Shown in pieces: positions 34,393-42,904 of a stretch of DNA of 48,523 bases (position 1 is its first letter; each line of letters begins with the position of its first letter). Under the pieces are notes generated by a model. It saw only the letters and a list, made by a program, of their open reading frames with translations. It ran no database searches and was not told where the DNA came from. Source of the stretch: a virus (lineage: Duplodnaviria; Heunggongvirae; Uroviricota; Caudoviricetes); the IMG/VR virus record IMGVR_UViG_3300009175_000009, positions 1-48,523 of that record. The stretch is one strand, 5' to 3'. The position numbers and the translations under genes are program-made.

Positions 34393-35313
34393 ATGCTCAC
34401 ATCCGTGGCCCGCAGACCCATTGACGCTGTTCGTCACCGCCTGATTGTTCGGGTGCGTGAGCTGGACTTGGTTTATATTCCGAACATATCATTTAGCCGC
34501 GTCAAATCCCGACAGGAGGCACGCATCCTTGCGGATCGCCCGGTAGGACCGCCCGTGAAGGCCGTGAAACCCACACCGGGCCTGCCTCCGTACCTGCGGG
34601 CACTGTACGATACGCCCCTGCTGACGCGGGAACAGGAGGCTCACCTGTTCCGCAAGATGAACTACTTGAAATACAAGACGTCCCGCCTGCGAGATGATCT
34701 TGATTCGCACCGGCCATCCGTGCGGGCCATGCATGAGATTCTGCAATTAGCCGACCAGGCTATGGCCGTCCGCAACGAGATCATCACGGCCAACTTGCGA
34801 CTGGTGGTGAACATCGCCCGCCGGTATGCACACAGCAGCGATGAACTGTTCGACCTGATTAGCGACGGCAATATCTCCCTGATGCGGGCTGTGGACAGGT
34901 TCGATTACGACCGCGGCTTCAGGTTTTCAACCTATGCGACCTGGGCATTGATCAAGAACTATTCACGCAGCATCGCTGTGGAGATTCGGCAACTGGCACG
35001 TTTCCGCACGGGCGAGGAGAACCCGCTGGATAACGTGGAAAGCCCGTTAAGCGACCTTCCGCATCGTGTTGACGTGATGCAGGCCCGGCAGCATGGAATC
35101 GCCAAGATGCTTCAGCACCTTGACGAACGCGAGCATTTCATCATTGTCAGCCGATTCGGACTTGATCGCGACGCGATGACTCTTACGGACGTCGGCAAGG
35201 CCCTTGGCGTCGGCAAAGAACGCATTCGGCAGTTGGAGGCCCGAGCGATGGATAAGCTGATGCGGGCCGCCGTAACGGAACGCATCGATCCATTCAGTAT
35301 GATCCAAGTTTGA
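34393..35313 (+). CDS. Sigma70-family RNA polymerase sigma factor (regions 1.2, 2, 4)
   Basis: LLTREQE, ANLRLVVNIARRY, DLISDGNISLMRAVDRFDYDRGFRFSTYATW, TLTDVGKALGVGKERIRQLEARAMDKL. Confidence 0.93.
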   Translation: MLTSVARRPIDAVRHRLIVRVRELDLVYIPNISFSRVKSRQEARILADRPVGPPVKAVKPTPGLPPYLRALYDTPLLTREQEAHLFRKMNYLKYKTSRLRDDLDSHRPSVRAMHEILQLADQAMAVRNEIITANLRLVVNIARRYAHSSDELFDLISDGNISLMRAVDRFDYDRGFRFSTYATWALIKNYSRSIAVEIRQLARFRTGEENPLDNVESPLSDLPHRVDVMQARQHGIAKMLQHLDEREHFIIVSRFGLDRDAMTLTDVGKALGVGKERIRQLEARAMDKLMRAAVTERIDPFSMIQV

Positions 35314-35390
35314 CGGTGTCTGGTCTTGTTGCCAGTCGACGTGGATGGTATCCTCGTTGCGTATAGCACCAACAATCGGACCCAAATATT

Positions 35391-35963
35391 ATGCCAACAA
35401 CCTATGAGGTCGCCGACGATTCGGTGAAGGAATTCGTCAACAGCGTCATGCGGTTATACCACGGTGGGCTATCGGCCCTGGAGACCACGGTCGATATTCT
35501 GATGGCTATGCCGCCTCGCGACCAGAACGGCGACCCGACTGGCCCGGCCCTTAAATTTCACGGGCACAAAGCCTACGCCATTATCCGCCAGACAAAGCCC
35601 GACGAACGAGCCTTGGGCCAAGCGGACACCCACCTGAAGATCGACAGGGAGGCGTGGGAGGAGATGGACTCCGAGGAACGCACGGCTCTGATCGACCACG
35701 AACTGTCGCACCTCGTGCCGAAGTTGGCCAGCGACGGTTCGGTGAAGCGGGATGACTATGAACGCCCGTTGTTCTGCGGCAAGCACCACGACTACGAGGT
35801 GGGCTGGTTCTTCTCGGTCGCCCACCGGCACGGTAGGAAGAGCATTGAGTGCCGTCAGCTTCAGGACTTGATGGACAGCGAGAGCTATCAGCGGTGCATG
35901 CAGCCATCGATCACGGTGACGCCGCCCGTGCGTCGCCGCATGGCCAGCACAGGCGAGATATGA
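35391..35963 (+). CDS. Putative phage metallopeptidase-domain protein
   Basis: ALIDHELSHL (HExxH) and HHDYEVGWF. Confidence 0.75.
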   Translation: MPTTYEVADDSVKEFVNSVMRLYHGGLSALETTVDILMAMPPRDQNGDPTGPALKFHGHKAYAIIRQTKPDERALGQADTHLKIDREAWEEMDSEERTALIDHELSHLVPKLASDGSVKRDDYERPLFCGKHHDYEVGWFFSVAHRHGRKSIECRQLQDLMDSESYQRCMQPSITVTPPVRRRMASTGEI

Positions 35964-37510
35964 TTGCAAAGACCGCAATTCTCGATTGGTTAGACCGACC
36001 GCTGCGGAGCGTGTCGCGTCTGAAGCTCATCCCGCCGGCGGAAGTCGATAGACGCATCGCCGCCCTGGATCCGTCGCCCGTGTTTCATACGCCGCCCCGC
36101 CACCACCAGAAGGTGGCCTTTCTGGCGGCGGCCAAATACGACGCGTTGATGCTAATGTTCGGCCTGGGGCTGGGCAAGACATATACAAGCTACATGATTA
36201 TCTGCGATAAGCTGTCGTGTGGCGTGGCGAAGAAGGCTCTAGTGCTTGTGCCGACCGTCACCGTCTGTGGCGTGTGGGAGGATGAGGCCCGCCTGCACGC
36301 CCCGCACCTGCGGGTGCAGGTGATCGATGCAGAAGGACGCGAGGCCCGCATCGAGCAGGCCACACGGCCCGACGTGGACGTCGTGGTGGTAACGTACCAG
36401 GGGTTCCTGGCTATGTGCAGCAAGACCGAACGCAACACCAAGAAGCCGGGCAAGAACAAGTGGGTGATCGGCAGGCACGCCGACAAAATCATCAAACAGT
36501 TCGATATCCTGGTTTGCGACGAAAGTACCAGTATCAAGTCACAGGACAGCCTGTACTTCCGTCTGTGCCGCAAGATTGGAACGCACGCCCGATTCCGGTA
36601 TTGCTTGACCGGCACACCATTCGGCAGCGATCCGCAAGACCTGTGGTCGCAGTACTATGTCATTGATTACGGTGAAAGCCTGGGCGAAAGCCTGGGCCTT
36701 CTGCGTGAGGCGTGTTTCTCGGGCAAGCAGGGATACTTCGGCGGCACGGAGTGGACGCTGAAGAAAAGCCACCAGAAGGACATCCGCCGATTCCTCGACC
36801 ACAGTACGCTGCGATACGACGAGAAGGAGTGCATGGATCTGCCTGCGCAGATATTCCAGACCATCCATGTGCCGGCCCCTGCCGATTTGCTGACCCATTA
36901 CGAACGCGTGGTTCACGATTTCCGCGAGGCCACCGGCGATATCACGGTGATGCAGAATGTGTTCGTGTTGATGCGGCAGCTTACCTCTGGGTTCATGACG
37001 GGCCGCAACGAGACCGGCGATAAGGTGTATTCGGACTTCAGGCCGAATCCAAAGCTCGACGCCGCACAGGAACTACTGGAGCTTCTGCCGCCCAACAAGA
37101 AGATGGTGATATTCCACAGCTACGTCCATACGGGCGAGATTCTGGAAGGGCTTGTGGGATTCATCCTTGGCATGAACTATGAGCGGGTGTGGGGCGGGGC
37201 GAACAACAAGACGAAACGCATCGACAGGTTCCGGACGGATCCCGACTGCCGCGTGCTGATCCTCAACGACCAGGCCGGTGCGTTGGGCCTGAACCTCCAG
37301 GCCGCGAACTACTGCGTATTCTACGAGTGTCCCGTGAGCCCCATCGTCAGGCAGCAGGCTGAGAAACGCTGCCACCGGGCCGGGCAGACCGAGAGCGTTC
37401 ACTATTACGATCTCGTGATGCGAAACACCATCGACGTGAAGATACTGGCGGCAGTTCGAGCCGGCAAGAACCTGATGGAGGAACTTCTTGGCGGGCGAGC
37501 GAAGATATGA
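35960..37510 (+). CDS. SNF2-family helicase/ATPase
   Basis: GLGLGKT, VCDEST, LTGTPF, GALGLNLQAANY, QQAEKRCHRAGQ. Confidence 0.9.
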   Translation: MIAKTAILDWLDRPLRSVSRLKLIPPAEVDRRIAALDPSPVFHTPPRHHQKVAFLAAAKYDALMLMFGLGLGKTYTSYMIICDKLSCGVAKKALVLVPTVTVCGVWEDEARLHAPHLRVQVIDAEGREARIEQATRPDVDVVVVTYQGFLAMCSKTERNTKKPGKNKWVIGRHADKIIKQFDILVCDESTSIKSQDSLYFRLCRKIGTHARFRYCLTGTPFGSDPQDLWSQYYVIDYGESLGESLGLLREACFSGKQGYFGGTEWTLKKSHQKDIRRFLDHSTLRYDEKECMDLPAQIFQTIHVPAPADLLTHYERVVHDFREATGDITVMQNVFVLMRQLTSGFMTGRNETGDKVYSDFRPNPKLDAAQELLELLPPNKKMVIFHSYVHTGEILEGLVGFILGMNYERVWGGANNKTKRIDRFRTDPDCRVLILNDQAGALGLNLQAANYCVFYECPVSPIVRQQAEKRCHRAGQTESVHYYDLVMRNTIDVKILAAVRAGKNLMEELLGGRAKI

Positions 37511-37544
37511 TGTGTTCAGTGATGTAGAAAGAAGGTAATACAAC

Positions 37545-37757
37545 ATGCCCGCACTACAAGCTAAAGCAGTCACCTCCCGTGCTCGTGAGTTATTTTGCCG
37601 CGATCCCGACCTGACCGTCGACGACGTTATGCGAATGCTGGAAGACGAGGGCTACGAGCCGAAACGTCCAGCCATTTCATTTGGCCGAAGTTACGTGCGC
37701 AATACTATCCGCGAATTGCGTAGTATCGGATGGCGGAATATAGGACGCAGCGAGTAA
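37545..37757 (+). CDS. Hypothetical protein
   Basis: 70 aa, GAAGG RBS. Confidence 0.5.
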   Translation: MPALQAKAVTSRARELFCRDPDLTVDDVMRMLEDEGYEPKRPAISFGRSYVRNTIRELRSIGWRNIGRSE

Positions 37758-37763
37758 CGCCGT

Positions 37764-37991
37764 CTAACGTGCGACGAGTTCTAGCGGTTTGTTCATGTAT
37801 GCAGGCCGCGGGCGGGTTTCGATGTGGATGGAGTCCCACATTTCCTTACGCTGCACGTCTATGCAGTCGAAACCCAGCGTCACGGTTCCGTTGTTGATGG
37901 CCACCACGTGAACGCTGATCCGGCGGCTGATGCCATCGTTGCCGCCAATGATAACTGATTCGTTAGGCTTGCGGTTCATAACTCGCATCAT
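37764..37991 (-). CDS. csrA: CsrA/RsmA-like RNA-binding protein
   Basis: MNRKPNESVIIG...ISVHVVAINNGTVTLGF...VQRKEM parallels the CsrA pattern LxRKxxESIxIG...VRLGI...HRxE. Confidence 0.72.
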   Translation of the reverse strand: MMRVMNRKPNESVIIGGNDGISRRISVHVVAINNGTVTLGFDCIDVQRKEMWDSIHIETRPRPAYMNKPLELVAR

Positions 37992-38447
37992 GATACGCCT
38001 TCGGCTAGAGGAAACGAAAAAAGCCGACGTGACCGCTGGTAGTGGTCGCGTCGGCTTACTATCTAACTAATCCCACCATGATGATCTGGCGGTATTTTTT
38101 ATCCAGTCTTCCAACTATGGAAGTGTAGGTCAAGCACAGCCTCGGGGGCAAGTCCTCAAAGTAAAGAAGCCGGTCGGTGACCGTAATGATCACCGCCGGC
38201 GTCAGAAAGGATCGCTTGCCTCGCGTCAGTACCAAGATAGACTCGGCGACTTGGCTAGTCAAGGATGATTTTAGTTATCGGTGATGATGGTGTCTGGATG
38301 AAATGACCGATTTGCCAGAATACGGATTCCAAGGGCTTGACGGTAGCATAGAATTAACTAGAGTGTATTTAGATATGGGCCGACGTTCGGCCCGAACCCA
38401 TCGCCCCTGCTGATTTGCCGACAGGGACGACCAACCGAGGAGATGTC

Positions 38448-38846
38448 ATGGCAAAAGCAAAAGCATCGAAGAGCGAAGACACCGAGGGCGGAACTGCCAC
38501 GGCTGCTCCTGCACGGCGGCGGGCGCAGACAACTGAGGCGGCGAAGCCAGCCAAGGCCGAGAAGCCAAAGGCCGCAGCGGAGTCGAACGGTAAGGCCGAG
38601 AAGCCCATGTCGGGCACGGCAGCGGCGGTGAAGGTTCTCCGCCGGCGTAAGAACAAGGAGATGTCCGCGAACGATCTGTTGACTGCGTGCCAGGAGGCGG
38701 GCTGGAAGCCGGAAGGCAAGACGCCCAAGCAGACCCTGGTCGCCGCAATCCAAAACGAGATCAAGCGTAAGGGTGACAAGGCCCGTTTCGCCAAAGGCGG
38801 CGAGCCCGGCACCTGGAAGCTATCGGAAGTCGGATTGACCGGCTGA
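38448..38846 (+). CDS. HARE-HTH (HB1/ASXL/RpoE-delta-like) winged-helix protein with Ala/Lys-rich N-terminus
   Basis: MSGTAAAVKVL...GKTPKQTLVAAIQNEIKRKGDKARFAK...GTWKL. Confidence 0.75.
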   Translation: MAKAKASKSEDTEGGTATAAPARRRAQTTEAAKPAKAEKPKAAAESNGKAEKPMSGTAAAVKVLRRRKNKEMSANDLLTACQEAGWKPEGKTPKQTLVAAIQNEIKRKGDKARFAKGGEPGTWKLSEVGLTG

Positions 38847-38971
38847 TCGATACGCCAACGATTTAGGTTGGTGCAGGCTGGACAGAATCATCTTTCTGCC
38901 CAGCCTGTAGTTGTTTGTGCATGTGTCTAGTGACACGAGGTATTAGAACTTGCAACCACAGGAGAAGTACG

Positions 38972-39673
38972 ATGCCCTTCCGACGACCTAAACGAGAAAG
39001 CGGCTCGGATGTAGTCGCCCGCTGGCTGATCAACAACCCCGATGCGACTCACCGGATGGTTGAAGATCACTTTGAGGTTGATAACCCCGATGCCAATCCA
39101 CCCCGCATTTACCCCAACGGCAAGATGTTTCTGGTCGACGGTAAGATGATCAGAATCACCCTGGGCCATGTTCGCGGAGGACGCAGGAAGCTGATGTCCG
39201 ACCCGTACAAGACCGCAACCCACGTCGGAGCGTCTTCAGCCAAGGCTGTGGTAGCGTCTGACTCGCTGCGAGCCCAGTCATCGGAGAGGAAGGCGTTTGA
39301 TTCCAACGCGAAGTGCCGGGCTAACGCGGGCAAGGCTGGTGTGGGCGTGACCGAGGATACCCGCGCGCTCACGAACGGTACGCCGAAGCCGAGGCCAAAG
39401 CGCAAACGCCGCAAAGACGCCGGGTACGTCAAAGTCGAGGACAGTCCGCTGTTGTCGGCCAAGCCCCCGGTTGCTGCCCCGCCGCCTCGGCAGTTGACGG
39501 TGGCCCCCGACGCCCAGGCTAACGACCTGTCCGAGGTGTTCATCGCCAGCATGAAGGCCCAGATCGCGGCGAAGAATCCGCCTGTGGACGAGGGGGATGA
39601 GATACTGAACCAGGCCACCTTTGATGAACTCGTCGCCCGCCACCGCAGCCGGAATGCGACACGAGGCGTCTGA
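38972..39673 (+). CDS. Hypothetical protein
   Basis: AGGAG RBS. Confidence 0.6.
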   Translation: MPFRRPKRESGSDVVARWLINNPDATHRMVEDHFEVDNPDANPPRIYPNGKMFLVDGKMIRITLGHVRGGRRKLMSDPYKTATHVGASSAKAVVASDSLRAQSSERKAFDSNAKCRANAGKAGVGVTEDTRALTNGTPKPRPKRKRRKDAGYVKVEDSPLLSAKPPVAAPPPRQLTVAPDAQANDLSEVFIASMKAQIAAKNPPVDEGDEILNQATFDELVARHRSRNATRGV

Positions 39674-39674
39674 T

Positions 39675-39923
39675 ATGATCACGCCTATTATCAGCGGCCT
39701 GCCGGCAACGCCATGCGATGATCCGAACTGCTATGTCAAGGCCCTTGGCATGGGAGATGCATTCAGCGAATGGATTTGTCCGCACTGTGGGGCTCATTTG
39801 GGAAGCGGTAATATCTGTTTGAACCTGTGCGGACTGAGTTACCCCGCCGCCCGACGTTTCAACGACATCCTGGCTGAGGCTGTTGCCGCAGTTAATAGCC
39901 GTCGCCTGGAAAATCCAGGCTAA
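39675..39923 (+). CDS. Hypothetical zinc-ribbon protein
   Basis: CPHCG...CLNLC. Confidence 0.55.
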   Translation: MITPIISGLPATPCDDPNCYVKALGMGDAFSEWICPHCGAHLGSGNICLNLCGLSYPAARRFNDILAEAVAAVNSRRLENPG

Positions 39924-39965
39924 GGATGTATGATCGCGTGTCTGGTTGGGAAAGGAGGATTTCCC

Positions 39966-40373
39966 ATGAAGGCAAAACGCTTCGTCGCCCTGGTTCGGAT
40001 TTGGCGGTTTGTGCCGCCTTGTATCGATCAAGGGACAAACGAGATCGAACACGAAGGTACGATGGTCGTGAACCGGGCGACCACAGTCTGGCCGGTTTGG
40101 CGTGGCTGTACCCGCCAGCCGCTACGATCCCGCGAATACTTCTGGATCACCTATCGCGGGAAACGGTATCCTGTAGACAGGGCCGAGGACGGTGAGGGTG
40201 TGGCGTATGAGGTGCGATTGGCATCCGACGACAACCCATTGACGGCAACACAGCTTGACCGTAAGACGATCACCCGCGAGACGGCCCGCGAAACCGCACT
40301 GGCCCGTGAACTTCTACACCGCGGCCTGGTTGCCAAAGCCAAAACCGGGCGGCAGAAAGGAGGCCGCCGATGA
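39966..40373 (+). CDS. Hypothetical protein
   Basis: AGGAGG RBS. Confidence 0.55.
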   Translation: MKAKRFVALVRIWRFVPPCIDQGTNEIEHEGTMVVNRATTVWPVWRGCTRQPLRSREYFWITYRGKRYPVDRAEDGEGVAYEVRLASDDNPLTATQLDRKTITRETARETALARELLHRGLVAKAKTGRQKGGRR

Positions 40374-40981
40374 TGCACGTCACAGCACTATTCAAGACAC
40401 CAAAGGATACGACCTGGAGGCCGGTCAGCTACGGCACTGGAAGCAACCTGCGATGGGCGGCACATAGCTGCTTCGTTGCGACAGCAGGCACCGGCATTAC
40501 CTATGAAGAGGTGAAGATCGAGGGCAAGCCCAAGGGCGAGTATGATATGGAGGCCCACGTCACCCGCAAGAACCCTGACGGGAGCGTGGCCGCCGAATGG
40601 CGGATCGTACCATCGCCGGGTTCTCGCCCCGACCCCGATGCCCCCAAGTTCGTACCGCAGCCGCCCCGACCGTCTGTGGCCGATACGCGGGCCAATAGCA
40701 AGGCCCACAAGCCCGCCGTGGCCGCACAGGCGGCCCGCCGTGGCGTGGCAGTGGGTACGGTGGTAGAACGGGCCAAGACGCCCGAACCCGCCGAACTGCC
40801 CCCAATACCGTCGCACGCGTCGGCAGGTTTGGTTCGGCGACCTATCGCCCGCCGCCCCCTGACCCGCAAGTCCCTCGACAACGCCCCGCCAGCCCCGACC
40901 GTTCGCGGTCCATTGCCCCGCCGCAGGCTAACGGTCAGCGGGCAGGCCCAGGCTGGCAGGACTATCGTGGAATACGACTGA
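40370..40981 (+). CDS. Hypothetical protein with Pro/Arg-rich C-terminus
   Basis: AGGAGG RBS, ATGA overlap. Confidence 0.6.
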   Translation: MMHVTALFKTPKDTTWRPVSYGTGSNLRWAAHSCFVATAGTGITYEEVKIEGKPKGEYDMEAHVTRKNPDGSVAAEWRIVPSPGSRPDPDAPKFVPQPPRPSVADTRANSKAHKPAVAAQAARRGVAVGTVVERAKTPEPAELPPIPSHASAGLVRRPIARRPLTRKSLDNAPPAPTVRGPLPRRRLTVSGQAQAGRTIVEYD

Positions 40982-41008
40982 AATCCGCGAATTCAAATTT
41001 TGGCAATT

Positions 41009-41029
41009 GGCACGGCGGTTGCATGATAC
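41009..41029 (+). promoter_or_regulatory. Sigma54-type motif
   Basis: TTGGCACGGCGGTTGCATGATAC (full TGGCACG-N4-TTGC consensus). Confidence 0.8.
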
Positions 41030-41226
41030 TACCCACAGAGCCGCGAGGCTAAACAACCCGACAACCCAGATGTTTTCCTGCTCCTTCAAATGCGGTGCCG
41101 CGAGGCTGCCTACAATCGGGGATAGTATGGCCCCAACCGCACAACTCGGCGAGGGTTGCACTTCTGAAACGAAGTGGGGAGCAGAAAGACCTCTGGGTAA
41201 ACCCTGAAAGCAGAAGGAAGAATACC

Positions 41227-41556
41227 ATGCCCTGGCGCGAAGTGATCACCGACGAGGATACGCCTGAGTACGCCTTGTTCCTGGCCTTGGACAACCAAGC
41301 CTTTATGTTCCGCAGCGTCGATGCCCTTGTGGCGAAGACTTGCCGTCCCGCCGAGTGGATCCGCGAAGTGGTCGCGGCCCACCCCGATTTGGTTCGCCGT
41401 AGCAACGGCCAGCGTGAAACCTACGGGTTGGTCGAGCGAATCGGCAACCTGGAGCCCGCCCCCGTCTCGGCCCATTACGAGCAGCCGATGGTGAACGACA
41501 ACCTCGGCGAGGTCGAGGACGAGGTCACCCCGCCCGACGCAGACGGCGAACTGTAG
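41227..41556 (+). CDS. Hypothetical protein (ends DGEL)
   Basis: GAAGGA RBS after a long structured leader. Confidence 0.6.
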   Translation: MPWREVITDEDTPEYALFLALDNQAFMFRSVDALVAKTCRPAEWIREVVAAHPDLVRRSNGQRETYGLVERIGNLEPAPVSAHYEQPMVNDNLGEVEDEVTPPDADGEL

Positions 41557-41570
41557 AATTGAATGCGACT

Positions 41571-41591
41571 GGCACGGCGGTTGCATGATAC
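41571..41591 (+). promoter_or_regulatory. Sigma54-type motif upstream of the amidoligase
   Basis: CTGGCACGGCGGTTGCATGATAC. Confidence 0.8.
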
Positions 41592-41659
41592 TACGGTAGA
41601 AACCAAACCCGCCCGCCCGCGAGACCCAAACGCGGGCGGGCCTAACCGAGAGCAGAAAC

Positions 41660-42535
41660 ATGAACGCGAATGAGCTGACCTTTGGTGTTGAGATCGAGAC
41701 CCTTGCGGGCCAAGACGCCCGCAACGCTGGCCTGCGGGTCGGAGCTTACGGGTCGCCAGTTCAGGTTCCCTACCTGCCGCACGGATGGCGGTGCAAGGGG
41801 GACGGCAGCATTAGCTGCAACAACAGCAACCAGAACGCCTGCGAGGTGATCAGCCCGATTCTTCGCGGTGCGGCGGGGATGGCCCAAGTGGTCGCCGCCT
41901 GCCAAGCCCTGCGGGAAAAAGGTCATATCGTCAACACGACCTGCGGCGTCCACGTCCATATCGGATGGGACCAGAGCCGCAGCGAGGTGAACGCGGAAAG
42001 CCTGAAACGTCTCATCACGATAGTGGCATACCTTGAGAAGGGACTGTACGCGATCACGGGCACGAAGGCTCGCGAGCGAGGACGCTACAGCAAGCCGGTG
42101 CGGCAGTACCTGCGACCAACGCAGGTGCAGCGTCACGCTACCTCCGACCGCTACCACGCTTTGAACCTCGCCAACATTCGGCCCGGTGGCAAGCAGACGG
42201 TCGAGTTCCGAATCTTCAGCGGCAGCATTTCTGCCACGAAGATAGTCGGGTGGATTCAGGTTTGCCTGGGCATCGTCGAGCGAGCCCAAAACGGCAAGCG
42301 ATGCCCAGCTTGGTCGCCCAAGCCCCTGCAAGGTGGCTGGCGGAAGAAGGGCGAGGGCGCGGGTGAGTGCGAGCGTCTCCTCGGCTACCTTGCCTGGGCT
42401 GAAGCCTATGCACGGCGGCACGGCGGAAACAAGTACGGCTTGATCGCCCCCGACCTGATTCCTGCCGACACGATCATGGCCGAGTTTCGCCGCCTTGCCA
42501 AACGCTACGATAGCGAGGCCCGCGACGAGTTGTAA
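41660..42535 (+). CDS. Putative amidoligase (COOH-NH2 ligase, Amidoligase_2-like)
   Basis: TFGVEIE, DGSI, EVISPIL, TCGVHVHIG, RYHALNL, TVEFRIFSG. Confidence 0.85.
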   Translation: MNANELTFGVEIETLAGQDARNAGLRVGAYGSPVQVPYLPHGWRCKGDGSISCNNSNQNACEVISPILRGAAGMAQVVAACQALREKGHIVNTTCGVHVHIGWDQSRSEVNAESLKRLITIVAYLEKGLYAITGTKARERGRYSKPVRQYLRPTQVQRHATSDRYHALNLANIRPGGKQTVEFRIFSGSISATKIVGWIQVCLGIVERAQNGKRCPAWSPKPLQGGWRKKGEGAGECERLLGYLAWAEAYARRHGGNKYGLIAPDLIPADTIMAEFRRLAKRYDSEARDEL

Positions 42536-42541
42536 ACCAAA

Positions 42542-42562
42542 GGCACACCAGATGCATGGTAG
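42542..42562 (+). promoter_or_regulatory. Sigma54-type motif (divergent copy)
   Basis: GGCACACCAGATGCATGGTAG. Confidence 0.6.
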
Positions 42563-42632
42563 TGTCTAGAGAAGCCCGCCCGCACCCACGGGCCTTACCG
42601 AACCAAACCCATAGAGCAGAAGGACGAGTATC

Positions 42633-42839
42633 ATGTGTGAAGAACAGGAAATTCGCAGTTACGATGAGGGTCTGGAAGTTAGCGTGATGTCAGTCGAAGA
42701 CTATTCGGACGAAGTTTCGGACGAATATGCTGATCGACTGGTTGTCGTAATAACCAACGCGGACTGCGTGACGCATTCCGCCGATCTGCAAGACCTGATC
42801 GACTGGGTAAAGCAGAATCGCCCAGATATGCTGAAGTAA
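42633..42839 (+). CDS. Small acidic hypothetical protein
   Basis: 68 aa, follows the sigma54-like motif at 42542. Confidence 0.55.
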   Translation: MCEEQEIRSYDEGLEVSVMSVEDYSDEVSDEYADRLVVVITNADCVTHSADLQDLIDWVKQNRPDMLK

Positions 42840-42858
42840 GTGTGCCCGTGATGGCTAG

Positions 42859-42887
42859 TTGACTAATCGCGGACACCCGTCTAGAAT
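42859..42887 (+). promoter_or_regulatory. Sigma70-like promoter of HEG 42905
   Basis: TTGACT-N17-TAGAAT; AGGAGG RBS follows. Confidence 0.72.
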
Positions 42888-42904
42888 AGCTGTAGGAGGA
42901 CGTT

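Noticed and set aside
35960-37510. SNF2 ATPase as the sigma54 activator (bEBP)
   Set aside because: It has SF2 helicase motifs and no AAA+ GAFTGA loop.
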